64,000 nt of DNA from a virus: positions 64,001 to 128,000 of the IMG/VR virus record IMGVR_UViG_3300027733_000030; one strand, given 5' to 3'. A model generated the notes under the pieces. That model searched no databases. It saw nothing but the letters and a program-made list of their open reading frames with translations, and was not told the origin of the DNA. Position numbers and translations under genes: made by a program. This document shows, in pieces, positions 30,373-40,750 of the stretch; within the stretch, counting starts at the first letter, position 1, and each line of letters begins with the position of its first letter.

Positions 30373-33300
30373 TATCTAATCCCTGCTGAAACATCAATAC
30401 TTTGTGAACCAAAAGGATTTATGACTGGAGTAACACTTCCAGAAAATCCAGAACCATTCATTAATCCACGTAACTTATATAGCGTGTCTTGTCTGTCTCC
30501 ACTTTTTCCAAATTGAGGAAAGCTTGGATTAGCTAAATTAGCTTCACGGATCTGTTGAGGATAGTAACCCATCTGAGACATTTCTAGACCCATTGATTCT
30601 CCCGTTTTAATTTTAACTTGATCCATATTTGTATTTGGATGCCAACCTTCCCACGATAAATCGGGAAGTTCATGGCGGGTAAAGTATTCGCCTAAATCTG
30701 GTTTTTTCTCAACATCCATGCCCCAGGATGCCTCATAAATTCTTCTTTCAAGTCGCCCAGCAGTTGAGAGTATTTTACCTCTTTCTGCTTCTGGAGCATT
30801 AATCATTGCTTTAAAGTGTTCCCTTTTTCTTTTAGGTATAGATAGAGATAGTGTATCTAAATCTTTTCCGTAAAGATCAGCTCCATACATTGTTCTTTTT
30901 GCAGCCATATTATATTGCATTGCTGCTTTTCCGTCACCAGAAGCTTTAGCCATAGTCTCTAATCTTTTACTCTTTACATAACTTAAAATGTCAGAATATT
31001 CATCAAGAGCCAATTCTTTTTTTCTCTTCATTGGGATGAATCTGTCACCAGTTACAAGTTCTGATGTTTTTCCGTATGCAGACGCTGCTAGTCCAGTAGT
31101 TACTCCAACTGCTGTTCCCAGTAATTTAGCTTTTGCCGTTCTTCCGAATAAAGATCCAGCTACACCTAATGCGCTGGCTGCGGCTATTGGATTTCTTTGT
31201 GTAGACTTATTGATCATTGGCTTAATATAACTTTCAAATGGTCTTTGCCATTCTGGGAATGTTGCGCCATAAACATTTTTTCTTTCCCAGTCTTCAGTAG
31301 CCGTTCTTTTTCCAATAGCCTTACTTAATACAAAGTTATCTGAGTGAGCTAAATATTCTCCCATTCTTCCTGCACCAAATTTCAATGGATGTTGCCCCAT
31401 TGCTTCAGCAGATGATCCTTTATATTTATAATCTGTAAATTCATTTTTAGTTGTCATACTTTGAACTTGAGATCTTATGTCTGCTACTTGATTTCTTTCA
31501 GCTGGACCCAAATTCATTTTGTCCATTTTTTTGTCTAATATTTTATACTGTTGCGAATACGGTGCAACATCACCTAATATTTTTAGTTGATCTAACATCC
31601 CATATTGCCCAGTGGAGTCTGGATGAAGTCTATTGAATCTTTCATAGCCTACTCCTGGTAATCTTAATTCACCTTCTTGTACTTTCGTAAAAGGATCCCC
31701 TCTAGTGAAATCTGTAAAATATTCAGATCCAGGAAGAAAAGGATACTTTTCACCCATAGTATTTTTAATTGGGTTTAAATAGTCAATGTTAGTTCTTTCT
31801 TTCGGAATAAATCGCCTAACAATTTCCGAAAATTCAAAGTTGCCAACTCCCTCTTTATTTCCCAGTGGTGCATCTCCTAGTCCACCAAGATTAAGATCCC
31901 AGAATGCCCTAGTTGTTCCGTACGCTTTGGATGCTGACTGCAGAACGGATCTTTGTGGTTGGAAATCTGCTTGTCCAAACCCTAATTTCTTTCTTGCATT
32001 AGCGAATGCAAATCCATAAATACCTGCCATTTCCTGCATTCTAAATCCAGCTTCTCCAGCTTGAAAAGAAGTAGCACTAGGCTCCAATGGAGCTCCCGCA
32101 GCGACTATTCTTGGAGGCATGACTTTAGACATCTTTGGTGGTCCATAAGATAAATTAGCATATTGCGAGTTAACATCTTTAATTGAAGATCTAACCATGG
32201 CCCCAGCTGCACCAGTACTTCCTGCCCTACTAGCTAGCATGGAGTTAGTGGAATATACGCCTGCAGCGCCCCCAATCGCACCAGGTGTAGGTGCACCACC
32301 CCCTGTCATTTCAAAGCCACCAGGAGCTCCTCCGCGCGCGCTTGTGCCCATGCCAGCAGTGAATCCCACTCCATTTACATAACTAGGAGTTTGTGCGTAT
32401 GCTGAGGCATCGTATGCGCCCGACTGTCCAGCTCTGACATAATTAGATAGCCCTTGTGCTGTTTCATTCTCATGCATTAATACTTGCGGTTTTAGGACTT
32501 TTCCAATAGTCATATTTGCCAGTGGCACTAGTGGGCCAAATGGACCAGAGAAATATTCTCCAGTAACAGGATACGGCCTATCATCATGGTGTTTACGTTC
32601 AAATCTATACGGATCTAAAGGTCTTAGCGGTGAAATATCATTGTAGAACAAAAACTTTTCTGCCGGACTACCGTAAGTATCACTTGTAAACATGGCTCCT
32701 GCTTGAAGTTTACGGTACCATGAAGGCCTATAGTATTGAATCTTTCCACCTTTAAATGGAGTATTACCAAGTGGCCACCATCTACCCTGTCTGATTGGAA
32801 CTTCGCCTTCAGTTAATTGCTTTTTCTTATCCTCATAACTCATTCCACCTGGAGCTATTCCAGCAGATAGCGATTGAAGTTCGACTGCACCTTTTGCAAC
32901 CTGCCCAAGAACTAATGGAGAATATATTCTTTCTCCTCTTTCGTCTTTACCCTTGGTCATTCCGCCTAATGTTCTGTCTACCGTTAGGGCAGTGACTCCT
33001 GCTGCGTATAGTGGCAATACTCGTTTTCCGACCATACCTCTGGCAAATAGATCTAAGGGTCCTTTAAAGTCTGAAACATTTAATTGACCACCCAAAGTAC
33101 CAAAGTATCTATTTAATCTTTCAACACCTTGTGAGATAGGAACGCTTCCTAAGGAATAGCTTTGTGGATCAGAATATGTTGTTAGACCTACCGCACTTTT
33201 TATTGCTCCCATTGGATCTCTGCCAAAGACAGTCCCAAATGTGGGTACTACTGTAACGCTTTGTCCGGAACCCAACGCATCAACAGCTAGGTCATCAACA

Positions 33301-36300
33301 ACATGCCCGGCTGTTCCAAAAGCTTTTTTGCCCGCTGAGAATAATGGAGAGAATTTTTTACGAATACCACTACTAATTTGATTTATTTCACCCTTAGAGA
33401 AAGGATCAAAGGTTTTTTTTAAGCTTGCGTTTTTGCTAGAAATGCTAAACATTTCTGCTGCGCCTGCTCGAGCATTTTGTATGTTAGTAGCTGAGTGTTG
33501 GAATGTTTTAAACGCACTAATGTTAAACATGCTTGAAAGTGCTGCAGCTTGTGCCTCAACTCTTTGAGATGCGCTAATTACTCCACTCTTGACTAGTTTA
33601 TCAACAGCTGTCTGCATTTCGATAAAAATATCTGCAGAGCTTCCTCCGCCTAATTGCATCTGATTAGTCTGTGAAACATATCTGAATATTTCATTTTTTA
33701 ATTCGTCTAATCTAGTTGTAATCGTCGGAGACTTTTCAGCCATTTGAGACATTGAATTAAGATTAGTCTCTTGCATTAAACGTTGGATTCTTGATGAAGA
33801 TGTGCTTAAGAAAGTTGGATCTATTCCTTTTGCCCTTAATTGTTGAGCGGTTAAGTTTTGTGCTGCTAATAAATCTTCTGCAAATTTAGTTGCTTCCGTA
33901 CCAGATTGAATTGCACTAACTTTTCTTCCACCAAATGTAAACAAATCAGGTCTACTAGTTTCAAGTTCTTTAACTACTTCGCTAGGAGTTCCATATTGAA
34001 AAGCCTGTTTACGTAAAGATTGATACCCTCTTAAAATATCTGCTTCGGCAAAATCATCTACCGCATTCCCCAAATTATCAAATACACCAAGTTCACCGTT
34101 CTTGCCAGTAGATAATTTTAATATTTTTTCTTTTCCGCCAGAATTATATTTAACATCTTCACCAGATAATAGTCGAGACATAACACCATTGTTATTTAAA
34201 TCTGTTGAACGACCTTTAAATCTAGAAGCTAAATTAAACATAGAGTTTGGCTGCTCTGAGTCAATACTCATTTTTCTTTTAAAGCGTATTGCTCTTTCTC
34301 CGCCAAGAATTCTGTCTAAGAATTTTGAACCACTTGAATCTCTAATTTCATTAATAGTTTCGCCCTGCATGTTTGCTGCGTAGCGAGTATGTCTAGTTAA
34401 TAAGTCTGTAGTATTAGTTGGAATAGCTCTATAGGTTCCATTCATTACTGAACTATGCACTGCGTCAGATAAATTATCTGTCTGGAAAGACATTAACTTA
34501 CCCTTGGTTCCCTTAGTCTTGAACCACATATGGAAGTCTGCCTTACTCTGAGCTCCTTCCGGCATGAATGGCTGCACTGTTCTAGACGATACGTACTGCA
34601 GTGGTGATCGATTTGCCATCTCTGCAAATGATCTATAGCCAAATAAATCAGCTGGGTTGAATCCCAATATTGGAATTTTGAATTCTGATGCAAAGAAGTT
34701 TGCTGTTTTAGAGAAGGTTGACTTAACGGAGGTAAAGTCTAATATTTGACCCGATCTACTTTTGTATACTCCGTCAAGTTTACTGAATCCAATAGATTTA
34801 GATACTGGGTCGTTAATAGCCATTCGTGAAGCTAAGTCATGAATGACTTTCTGTTCCTCTGGTCTCATATGCGAGAATCGACCAGATTGACGAGCTTCGT
34901 CAATTGTTAAGGATTTTAATCCAAATAAGTTGTATCCACCACCAATGACACCAGAGGTCATTTGTCGGTTTTTAATTAAGAAACCTCTTAAATCAGTAAA
35001 TGCGTTAGGATCAAAACCACGATTCTTTAGTGCGCCAGTAACTACATCATTAGATACTTGGCGTCCGGCGTCGTCCGTTAATTTAATGCCTAGGGTCTGG
35101 GCTGTTTTTCTTTGTAGGAATTCTGTTTTAGCTGCGGTTTGTGGGCCAGTAAAATCATGATAAGACGCCTTCATAGGCTTCAGAATTCCACCACTAACTG
35201 TAGTTAAATCATCTCTATAAAATTTATTCCAATTTTTTTGGACCTTATTATTTAGACCTTTTTGAAATTCTTTAGAAGAGAATATATCTCTAGCATCTTC
35301 TACGGAAGCTCGAAGAGCATCTGGTTTAATTGCATCTTCAAAAGTTTTTCCACCAGAAATTCCACGATATCTTTTAATTATTTTTGCAAAGAAATCGTCA
35401 CTTAGATTCGCTGCGTCTGCGCCATCTTCATATATTCTAGTTTTACCAATTGTTATAATATTGGTACTATCCATATTTGCTTTTGGCATTCTGACTTTCA
35501 AATAGTCAGTAAATTGTTTGGCTTCCTTACCTTCTAACCCTCGTGAAATTAATTGATTTTCTAAAAGATCTTTAAAGGCATCGCGTTGATGACCATAGCC
35601 AAATTGAGATCTAGTAACAGCTCCATCACCAGGTCCTCCGCCACCCATGATTCTAACTCCTGTTGCAAGGTTTGATAGCCTACTGGAGTGCTGCGACTGG
35701 ATCCTCTCCATTGCCCCTTTAAGGGACTGTGCAGCGTCTGGAGTTCCACCCATAGCCTTTAATACGTTAGCGTGTGCTATTGAATTTTCTAGGGCATCAT
35801 AGCCTTGACCTAAAAGTGTAAATTCAGATTTACCTGCCTTAAAAGCTTCGGTCAATCCTCTAGTTCCAGGCATAAGGTCAAATACACTTTTTCCAGTGTT
35901 ATTCTTAAAAAGAGCTTTGAATCCCGCATTTTTGATTTGCGACCTAGATGCCCCTTGAGCAACAGCAGCTTCTTTGGCTTGTGTTACTCCATGTCTTAGA
36001 CTATAAAGGTTTTGTACAAAACCTTGTTGATTATCATAGGCTCTTGTAGCGGAACTTAAGGCTCCAGATGTTTGTGCCGAAGTCCTAAGGAATTTATTTG
36101 TTAGCGTTGCAAAGTCATGCCCTACGTCTGCTAAAGTTTCAGTTATATCAACAAAGCCTTTACTTAATTTTTTGTTGAATGGAGTGAGATTGCGCATATC
36201 ATTCATTGAATAGCGAAGACTATTTAATGAACTACTACTAGCAGATCCGGCAGCGCCTACAGCTTCAAATGGGGCAATCATTGTTGCCATCATAGTTAAA

Positions 36301-36992
36301 GATGATTTAGTAAAATCACTAATAACGTCTGCTGGGTTATACCATTTTACTTTTCTTTTTCCTTCTTCGCGATTACCAAAAATTGGATCAACAATTGCTT
36401 TTTGTGCACCGTACATTGCTGGAAGTTCATACGGCATTCTACGACCTGCGCGCACTAATCTTTGTTGCAATTCGTCCTTATAGGCCCATACTGCTGTAGG
36501 CTCACTTAAGAAGCCAGATCCTGCAAGATTTTTTTCTTCCTTAGTTAAATATTGGTAGCCAAATCTTTCGCTAATTTTTCCATCGTAACCAGTACTTAGT
36601 TTGCCAGATTTATCAAAAGCTACTAATTTGCCATATAAATCTTCACCACTATCAACAAACCTACTAACACCTTGGAGCTCGTCTAAATGACGACGAATTT
36701 GAGTTGCACTTTCCACTATTCGAGTTGCTAGTGGGTGACCTGCTTCTGAGGAAGTTTGCAGGAATTTTCCTAGTTTTAATCCGCCTTCTCTAGTTAACTT
36801 GGAGGCGACTGTAGCTGCCACCATAACTGTAGCAGTCGAGGCAAGAAACCTCATAATTGGGTGACCGTTTAGGGCGCGACTGACCATGCCGGAGTTTGGG
36901 GCTACGCCGTCAGATTCCCCTTCACCTACAGGAATATCTCTAGATGTTACGCCGTATCCTAAGTTTTGTATTGGTCCTGGATCGCGTATCAA
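30372..36992 (-). CDS. Tape measure protein (probable), 2206 aa
   Basis: First large gene after the tail chaperones. Ala/Gly/Lys-rich helical composition; hydrophobic amphipathic stretches (FLASTATVMVAATVA; AASALGVAGSLFG...LLGTAVGVTTGLAASA). TTG start with TAAGGAG RBS. Confidence 0.7.
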   Translation of the reverse strand: MIRDPGPIQNLGYGVTSRDIPVGEGESDGVAPNSGMVSRALNGHPIMRFLASTATVMVAATVASKLTREGGLKLGKFLQTSSEAGHPLATRIVESATQIRRHLDELQGVSRFVDSGEDLYGKLVAFDKSGKLSTGYDGKISERFGYQYLTKEEKNLAGSGFLSEPTAVWAYKDELQQRLVRAGRRMPYELPAMYGAQKAIVDPIFGNREEGKRKVKWYNPADVISDFTKSSLTMMATMIAPFEAVGAAGSASSSSLNSLRYSMNDMRNLTPFNKKLSKGFVDITETLADVGHDFATLTNKFLRTSAQTSGALSSATRAYDNQQGFVQNLYSLRHGVTQAKEAAVAQGASRSQIKNAGFKALFKNNTGKSVFDLMPGTRGLTEAFKAGKSEFTLLGQGYDALENSIAHANVLKAMGGTPDAAQSLKGAMERIQSQHSSRLSNLATGVRIMGGGGPGDGAVTRSQFGYGHQRDAFKDLLENQLISRGLEGKEAKQFTDYLKVRMPKANMDSTNIITIGKTRIYEDGADAANLSDDFFAKIIKRYRGISGGKTFEDAIKPDALRASVEDARDIFSSKEFQKGLNNKVQKNWNKFYRDDLTTVSGGILKPMKASYHDFTGPQTAAKTEFLQRKTAQTLGIKLTDDAGRQVSNDVVTGALKNRGFDPNAFTDLRGFLIKNRQMTSGVIGGGYNLFGLKSLTIDEARQSGRFSHMRPEEQKVIHDLASRMAINDPVSKSIGFSKLDGVYKSRSGQILDFTSVKSTFSKTANFFASEFKIPILGFNPADLFGYRSFAEMANRSPLQYVSSRTVQPFMPEGAQSKADFHMWFKTKGTKGKLMSFQTDNLSDAVHSSVMNGTYRAIPTNTTDLLTRHTRYAANMQGETINEIRDSSGSKFLDRILGGERAIRFKRKMSIDSEQPNSMFNLASRFKGRSTDLNNNGVMSRLLSGEDVKYNSGGKEKILKLSTGKNGELGVFDNLGNAVDDFAEADILRGYQSLRKQAFQYGTPSEVVKELETSRPDLFTFGGRKVSAIQSGTEATKFAEDLLAAQNLTAQQLRAKGIDPTFLSTSSSRIQRLMQETNLNSMSQMAEKSPTITTRLDELKNEIFRYVSQTNQMQLGGGSSADIFIEMQTAVDKLVKSGVISASQRVEAQAAALSSMFNISAFKTFQHSATNIQNARAGAAEMFSISSKNASLKKTFDPFSKGEINQISSGIRKKFSPLFSAGKKAFGTAGHVVDDLAVDALGSGQSVTVVPTFGTVFGRDPMGAIKSAVGLTTYSDPQSYSLGSVPISQGVERLNRYFGTLGGQLNVSDFKGPLDLFARGMVGKRVLPLYAAGVTALTVDRTLGGMTKGKDERGERIYSPLVLGQVAKGAVELQSLSAGIAPGGMSYEDKKKQLTEGEVPIRQGRWWPLGNTPFKGGKIQYYRPSWYRKLQAGAMFTSDTYGSPAEKFLFYNDISPLRPLDPYRFERKHHDDRPYPVTGEYFSGPFGPLVPLANMTIGKVLKPQVLMHENETAQGLSNYVRAGQSGAYDASAYAQTPSYVNGVGFTAGMGTSARGGAPGGFEMTGGGAPTPGAIGGAAGVYSTNSMLASRAGSTGAAGAMVRSSIKDVNSQYANLSYGPPKMSKVMPPRIVAAGAPLEPSATSFQAGEAGFRMQEMAGIYGFAFANARKKLGFGQADFQPQRSVLQSASKAYGTTRAFWDLNLGGLGDAPLGNKEGVGNFEFSEIVRRFIPKERTNIDYLNPIKNTMGEKYPFLPGSEYFTDFTRGDPFTKVQEGELRLPGVGYERFNRLHPDSTGQYGMLDQLKILGDVAPYSQQYKILDKKMDKMNLGPAERNQVADIRSQVQSMTTKNEFTDYKYKGSSAEAMGQHPLKFGAGRMGEYLAHSDNFVLSKAIGKRTATEDWERKNVYGATFPEWQRPFESYIKPMINKSTQRNPIAAASALGVAGSLFGRTAKAKLLGTAVGVTTGLAASAYGKTSELVTGDRFIPMKRKKELALDEYSDILSYVKSKRLETMAKASGDGKAAMQYNMAAKRTMYGADLYGKDLDTLSLSIPKRKREHFKAMINAPEAERGKILSTAGRLERRIYEASWGMDVEKKPDLGEYFTRHELPDLSWEGWHPNTNMDQVKIKTGESMGLEMSQMGYYPQQIREANLANPSFPQFGKSGDRQDTLYKLRGLMNGSGFSGSVTPVINPFGSQSIDVSAGIR

Positions 36993-37009
36993 TCTAACTC
37001 CTTAGATTA

Positions 37010-37633
37010 TTATCCCCATAGTTTTTGAGCAATGGGGTCTTCATATGTAGATGCTCCTGGCATCTTAGACAGATTGTGTCTTGCTGCATGCATTTTTTGC
37101 TTTTCTAATTCTTCTTCAGGATCTATTAATTGAAGAGTTAAACTAGTAGATTCAATGCCGTTAATGCCTTGCTTGATTTCTATTATTTTTTCAGCTAGAG
37201 CAACTCTTTCCGCCAACTGGGAGAAAGTCATTTCATCTAATTGCTCTGGACTGTATGCACTTATAGTAGCGAGAACAAAGGCTTTCATTAAATTTTTAAC
37301 TTCTGTAGCTTCTTCTCTTTTTTCTTGAAGAATTCTTTTAGCTAATTTTGCAGAAGTTATTCCAGATATATCTAATACCTCCTGAGCTAAAGAAGAAACA
37401 TTCCCAGGAGGTATTAGAGCAATATTAAAATCTTCAGGATAGACAATGCTAAATTCTAAGACTAGATCTTCAACATCAGCTGAAGAAAAATCTTCTAGAT
37501 CTTTATAATAAAGAATTTGACCATATTCTTTAAATGTTAGTTCTCTAAAAACTACATCTTTATTTTTAATGTTAACAGAATAAATATTTCCATATTTATT
37601 TTTAAGATCAAAAATTAATTGGCTGTCCAACAT
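37010..37633 (-). CDS. Tail assembly chaperone, paralogue 2
   Basis: LKNKYGNIYSVNIKNKDVVFRELTFKEY...EVLDISG parallels the upstream gene; immediately precedes the tape measure. Confidence 0.65.
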   Translation of the reverse strand: MLDSQLIFDLKNKYGNIYSVNIKNKDVVFRELTFKEYGQILYYKDLEDFSSADVEDLVLEFSIVYPEDFNIALIPPGNVSSLAQEVLDISGITSAKLAKRILQEKREEATEVKNLMKAFVLATISAYSPEQLDEMTFSQLAERVALAEKIIEIKQGINGIESTSLTLQLIDPEEELEKQKMHAARHNLSKMPGASTYEDPIAQKLWG

Positions 37634-37637
37634 TTAA

Positions 37638-38180
37638 TTAGAGTTGTCTAACCTCAAGGGCTACAAAGCCTGAAGCTTCTAGCACTTCTTGAGCAATGAG
37701 CGATGGCATTCCAGCCATAACTCCAGATGCTGACTGTTTGTCATATTTAGGATAGAGTACGCATAGTTCAGTGATGGCTTCTTCATTCCACATATTTGCT
37801 TCAGCCGAAGTTAATTGTCCACCTTGGACCAATTGTTCCATTTTTTTAACAATCTGCTTATATTCAACTCTATTTAATACACGCCAAACGATATGCTTGT
37901 CATAGGAAATAGAAGTCACATAAACATCTCCATAGTGCTCTTTCCACTTTTTAATCATTCCAGCGTTAGGGCCACCGTCCCAGATCTCTACATCATCGTC
38001 AAGATCTTCAATAGCTTTTGATTCTTCCAAATCAATGTCAAATTCATCAGCTGCTTCTTGAGCTCTTACGTCTACCGCATCTACATCATCAGAATATGCT
38101 AGCGTTACCGCTTCATCAAAACCCAAATTCTGGATATCTTCTGGAGTATCTGCTATTACTACTTTTCTTTCGTTTGCCAT
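37638..38180 (-). CDS. Tail assembly chaperone, paralogue 1
   Basis: WKEHYGDVYVTSISYDKHIVWRVLNRVEY...EVLEASGF; acidic N-terminus; lies between tube genes and tape measure; strong TAAGGAG RBS. Confidence 0.65.
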   Translation of the reverse strand: MANERKVVIADTPEDIQNLGFDEAVTLAYSDDVDAVDVRAQEAADEFDIDLEESKAIEDLDDDVEIWDGGPNAGMIKKWKEHYGDVYVTSISYDKHIVWRVLNRVEYKQIVKKMEQLVQGGQLTSAEANMWNEEAITELCVLYPKYDKQSASGVMAGMPSLIAQEVLEASGFVALEVRQL

Positions 38181-38211
38181 ATTAATGTTTCTCCTTAGTA
38201 TGTATCAGTAC

Positions 38212-38240
38212 ATAATATCATAAAATTACTTTTTTTTCAA
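38212..38240 (-). promoter_or_regulatory. Sigma70/SigA-type promoter TTGAAA-N17-TATTAT with extended -10 TG
   Basis: Minus strand reads TTGAAA AAAAAGTAATTTTATGA TATTAT with exactly 17 nt spacer, in the 76-nt gap upstream of the chaperone gene. Confidence 0.7.
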
Positions 38241-38255
38241 TTGTTAATCACTAGA

Positions 38256-39227
38256 CTAAAAGCTCCAACTTGTATTCGGATCACGTAGTACTTGATCAAA
38301 AGTGCGTGAATCTGGATTAGCATTAGATGGTGCGTCAGAATCTGAAGTATTATTGGCGGACATACCTTTCATGAAACCCAGATCTGCTTCTGTAAAATAA
38401 TAATCTCTAGCTATGAATTGATAACTCTCAGCGACTGGTTGACCACCTGGACTATAGTTAGTTGACATATTCATTAAGTTGACTTGCTGAAGAATTATTT
38501 TCATAGGACTGACCCTATTGTCTACTCTAATACTTCTTTGATTAACATCAAAAGACATTTGATTATTTAAATAACTAGAAGTACTTGAATCTTCCGATGT
38601 ATTAGCACTGAAAGGGCTTAAAGCAGTTTCCTCTAATCCATAGAGAATTACGAAGTTAAATGGTGGATGGGCACTAAAGATACTCTTAGTATCAGCTGCT
38701 GAATCAGCTTTTGCTGGGTCCGAAGTAATCCTATCTAATTGACTGTAGGACCAATATTTTTCTATATTTTTTTCATCTTCTGATGAAAGTTGCGAATCTA
38801 ATCTTGAAATAATTGAATCTTTAGGAGTTCTGACATCTTTATTCATAACCCTAGACTTTGCAGCCTTTTCTAGCATTTCTGTCATTCTACGTGGATATCT
38901 AGTAAAAATAGTTATTTCACCACTAATTATTCTTGTACCTAACATCACCGTATCATAATTATATGACCAAAATCCGTATACCGGTTGCTTCTCTTGTCTT
39001 ACTGAGTAAGCAAATGAAGCTATATCTAATTCATCTTCCGGACCGAAAAGACCATCGATGTATACCTTTACATCTTCGCCACTAAAATAATAGTCATAAT
39101 AATTATTAAAAGTTTTATCATTATCGGGCGCGCTTCCTGCCCAAACTCTATCTATTTGATCAGATAGAGGATCATATTGCTTATCAAATTTCCAAAATTT
39201 TTTATTATCTAACCTTGGCTCTGGCAT
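38256..39227 (-). CDS. Tail tube-like protein, paralogue 3 (minor; tube initiator-like)
   Basis: YFSGEDVK...SFAYSVRQEKQPVYGF...GTRIISGEITIFT...HPPFNFVI...ESYQFIARD follows the tube fold pattern shared with the two upstream genes. Confidence 0.7.
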   Translation of the reverse strand: MPEPRLDNKKFWKFDKQYDPLSDQIDRVWAGSAPDNDKTFNNYYDYYFSGEDVKVYIDGLFGPEDELDIASFAYSVRQEKQPVYGFWSYNYDTVMLGTRIISGEITIFTRYPRRMTEMLEKAAKSRVMNKDVRTPKDSIISRLDSQLSSEDEKNIEKYWSYSQLDRITSDPAKADSAADTKSIFSAHPPFNFVILYGLEETALSPFSANTSEDSSTSSYLNNQMSFDVNQRSIRVDNRVSPMKIILQQVNLMNMSTNYSPGGQPVAESYQFIARDYYFTEADLGFMKGMSANNTSDSDAPSNANPDSRTFDQVLRDPNTSWSF

Positions 39228-39233
39228 TATTAC

Positions 39234-39971
39234 CTACTGTCTAACAATATGTTCTATCATATTTTGATTATAAAATTCTGCTAGTTTGTCAGTGGCTTCA
39301 TCGCCAAAGATATTTCTAGATATTTGTACATCTCGCTGAACTACTTCTGGACTTCTGGTTGAATCTGTTTCGGATCCAATATCCATTTTAACCATTGGTT
39401 GAATACCACGAGCCATATAAGTATACGTCTGCTCTGTGATTAAGTCATCAATAGATATTGTTTGACCTTCATCTACAATAGTAATACCAAATATTTTCAT
39501 TTTGGCAGATTGTCCATACTCATTGAAGAATGAAATAACAATATCAAAAGGAGGCAACATGTCTGCTAATGGAGCAAAAAAACCATTTCTTCTTCCTAGT
39601 AGTTCTCTATATTTTTTAATTTTATAAAATGCATATTCGTTAAATACAGTAAAGATTAAACTTCCAGCTATTGTTCTTCCGCCCTTAATAAAACCCCTGG
39701 CATTAACATGGCCAAGAGTTCTAACGGGTGAATTTTCCCTATGTATTGAATATGATAACGTCTGTAGTTCTCCTAATTCAATTATATCGCCTTCATTGGT
39801 AATTCTTCCATCTTCACCTATAACAGGAATGATCATAGTTGCTACTGCATCCGCTCCTGAAAATGATATATTTTGAAGAGAGGCATTTGGATCATATGTT
39901 CCGCGAGGACCTTGATCTTCTGTCGGTTCAATAATTGCTTTTGGTTTACCAGTATAAATTTGAGTAGTCAT
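39234..39971 (-). CDS. Tail tube-like protein, paralogue 2
   Basis: SFSGADAVA...LQTLSYSIHRENSPVRTLG...GGRTIAGSLIFTVF...LPPFDIVI...EQTYTYMARG. Confidence 0.8.
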   Translation of the reverse strand: MTTQIYTGKPKAIIEPTEDQGPRGTYDPNASLQNISFSGADAVATMIIPVIGEDGRITNEGDIIELGELQTLSYSIHRENSPVRTLGHVNARGFIKGGRTIAGSLIFTVFNEYAFYKIKKYRELLGRRNGFFAPLADMLPPFDIVISFFNEYGQSAKMKIFGITIVDEGQTISIDDLITEQTYTYMARGIQPMVKMDIGSETDSTRSPEVVQRDVQISRNIFGDEATDKLAEFYNQNMIEHIVRQ

Positions 39972-39985
39972 TATTCCCTGTCCTT

Positions 39986-40023
39986 AAAATGAAATGTGCA
40001 CGGAGGAAGATCCCCCGTGCACA
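39986..40023 (-). terminator. Rho-independent terminator after the major tube gene
   Basis: Minus strand TGTGCACGGGGGA-TCT-TCCTCCGTGCACA (13-bp stem including a G-U pair) followed by TTTCATTTT. Confidence 0.8.
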
Positions 40024-40047
40024 CCTGTCAACCTAGAGTATTTATTA

Positions 40048-40725
40048 TCAGGGTCTGATAATATCTGACTTAAGAGCATTTGACTGAATAAAGTCAAGAG
40101 CATCGGCGTCAGCGTTGTCAATAAGACCGTCTGTTTTGATTGTGTACATAGGACCGAGTTCACGAGCAACATAAGTCATCGTTTCTTCAATGACGATGTC
40201 ATCCATCGAGGCGCCTGAACCTTCATTCAAAAGTTCAACACCGTAGATTGATCTAACGGCAGCTTGGCCATACTCATTCACAAATGTGATAGTAATATCA
40301 AAGGGAGGAATCTGGTCAGCGTAGTAAGGAACTTTCTTTACAACACTGAGAGCCTGATCATTGACATCAGCTATTCCGCGATACTTGTAAGCTGTATCGC
40401 CAGGAAGCGCATTATGACTTCTTGTGTAGAAGACCTGTGTTGGGTCACCATTTGCACGGTTCTTGTCCAACATTGTATACAATGCGGGGCGATCAAAAAC
40501 TGTGAAAATCAATGAGCCTGCAATACCTCTTTTTCCTCTTGAGAATGAACGAGGATTAGGTGAACCCATTGTGTAAATGGGAGCTTTTTCTCTAGTGACA
40601 GAGAAAGTAATGCCCGAAAGAGCACCAATTTCAATTCCACCAAAAGTGGCTACAATGTCTGCACCTGAGAAGGTGGTGTAGGTATTTAGGTATTTATTTA
40701 CTGATGTATAATCTTCAGTTGCCAT
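40048..40725 (-). CDS. Major tail tube protein (probable)
   Basis: Directly follows sheath. TFSGADIVA...LSGITFSVTREKAPIYTMG...GKRGIAGSLIFTVF...IPPFDITI...EETMTYVARE. Codon usage resembles capsid and sheath; followed by a terminator. Confidence 0.85.
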   Translation of the reverse strand: MATEDYTSVNKYLNTYTTFSGADIVATFGGIEIGALSGITFSVTREKAPIYTMGSPNPRSFSRGKRGIAGSLIFTVFDRPALYTMLDKNRANGDPTQVFYTRSHNALPGDTAYKYRGIADVNDQALSVVKKVPYYADQIPPFDITITFVNEYGQAAVRSIYGVELLNEGSGASMDDIVIEETMTYVARELGPMYTIKTDGLIDNADADALDFIQSNALKSDIIRP

Positions 40726-40750
40726 TTTGAATTACCCTCCAATCGGTATA

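Noticed and set aside
37010-38180. Programmed frameshift joining the two chaperone ORFs (lambda G/GT style)
   Set aside because: The second ORF has its own ATG 4 nt after the first stop, the two look like full paralogues, and I saw no convincing slippery heptamer at the end of the first.
39984-40172. 62-aa minus-strand ORF
   Set aside because: Overlaps the tube gene out of frame and spans its terminator hairpin.
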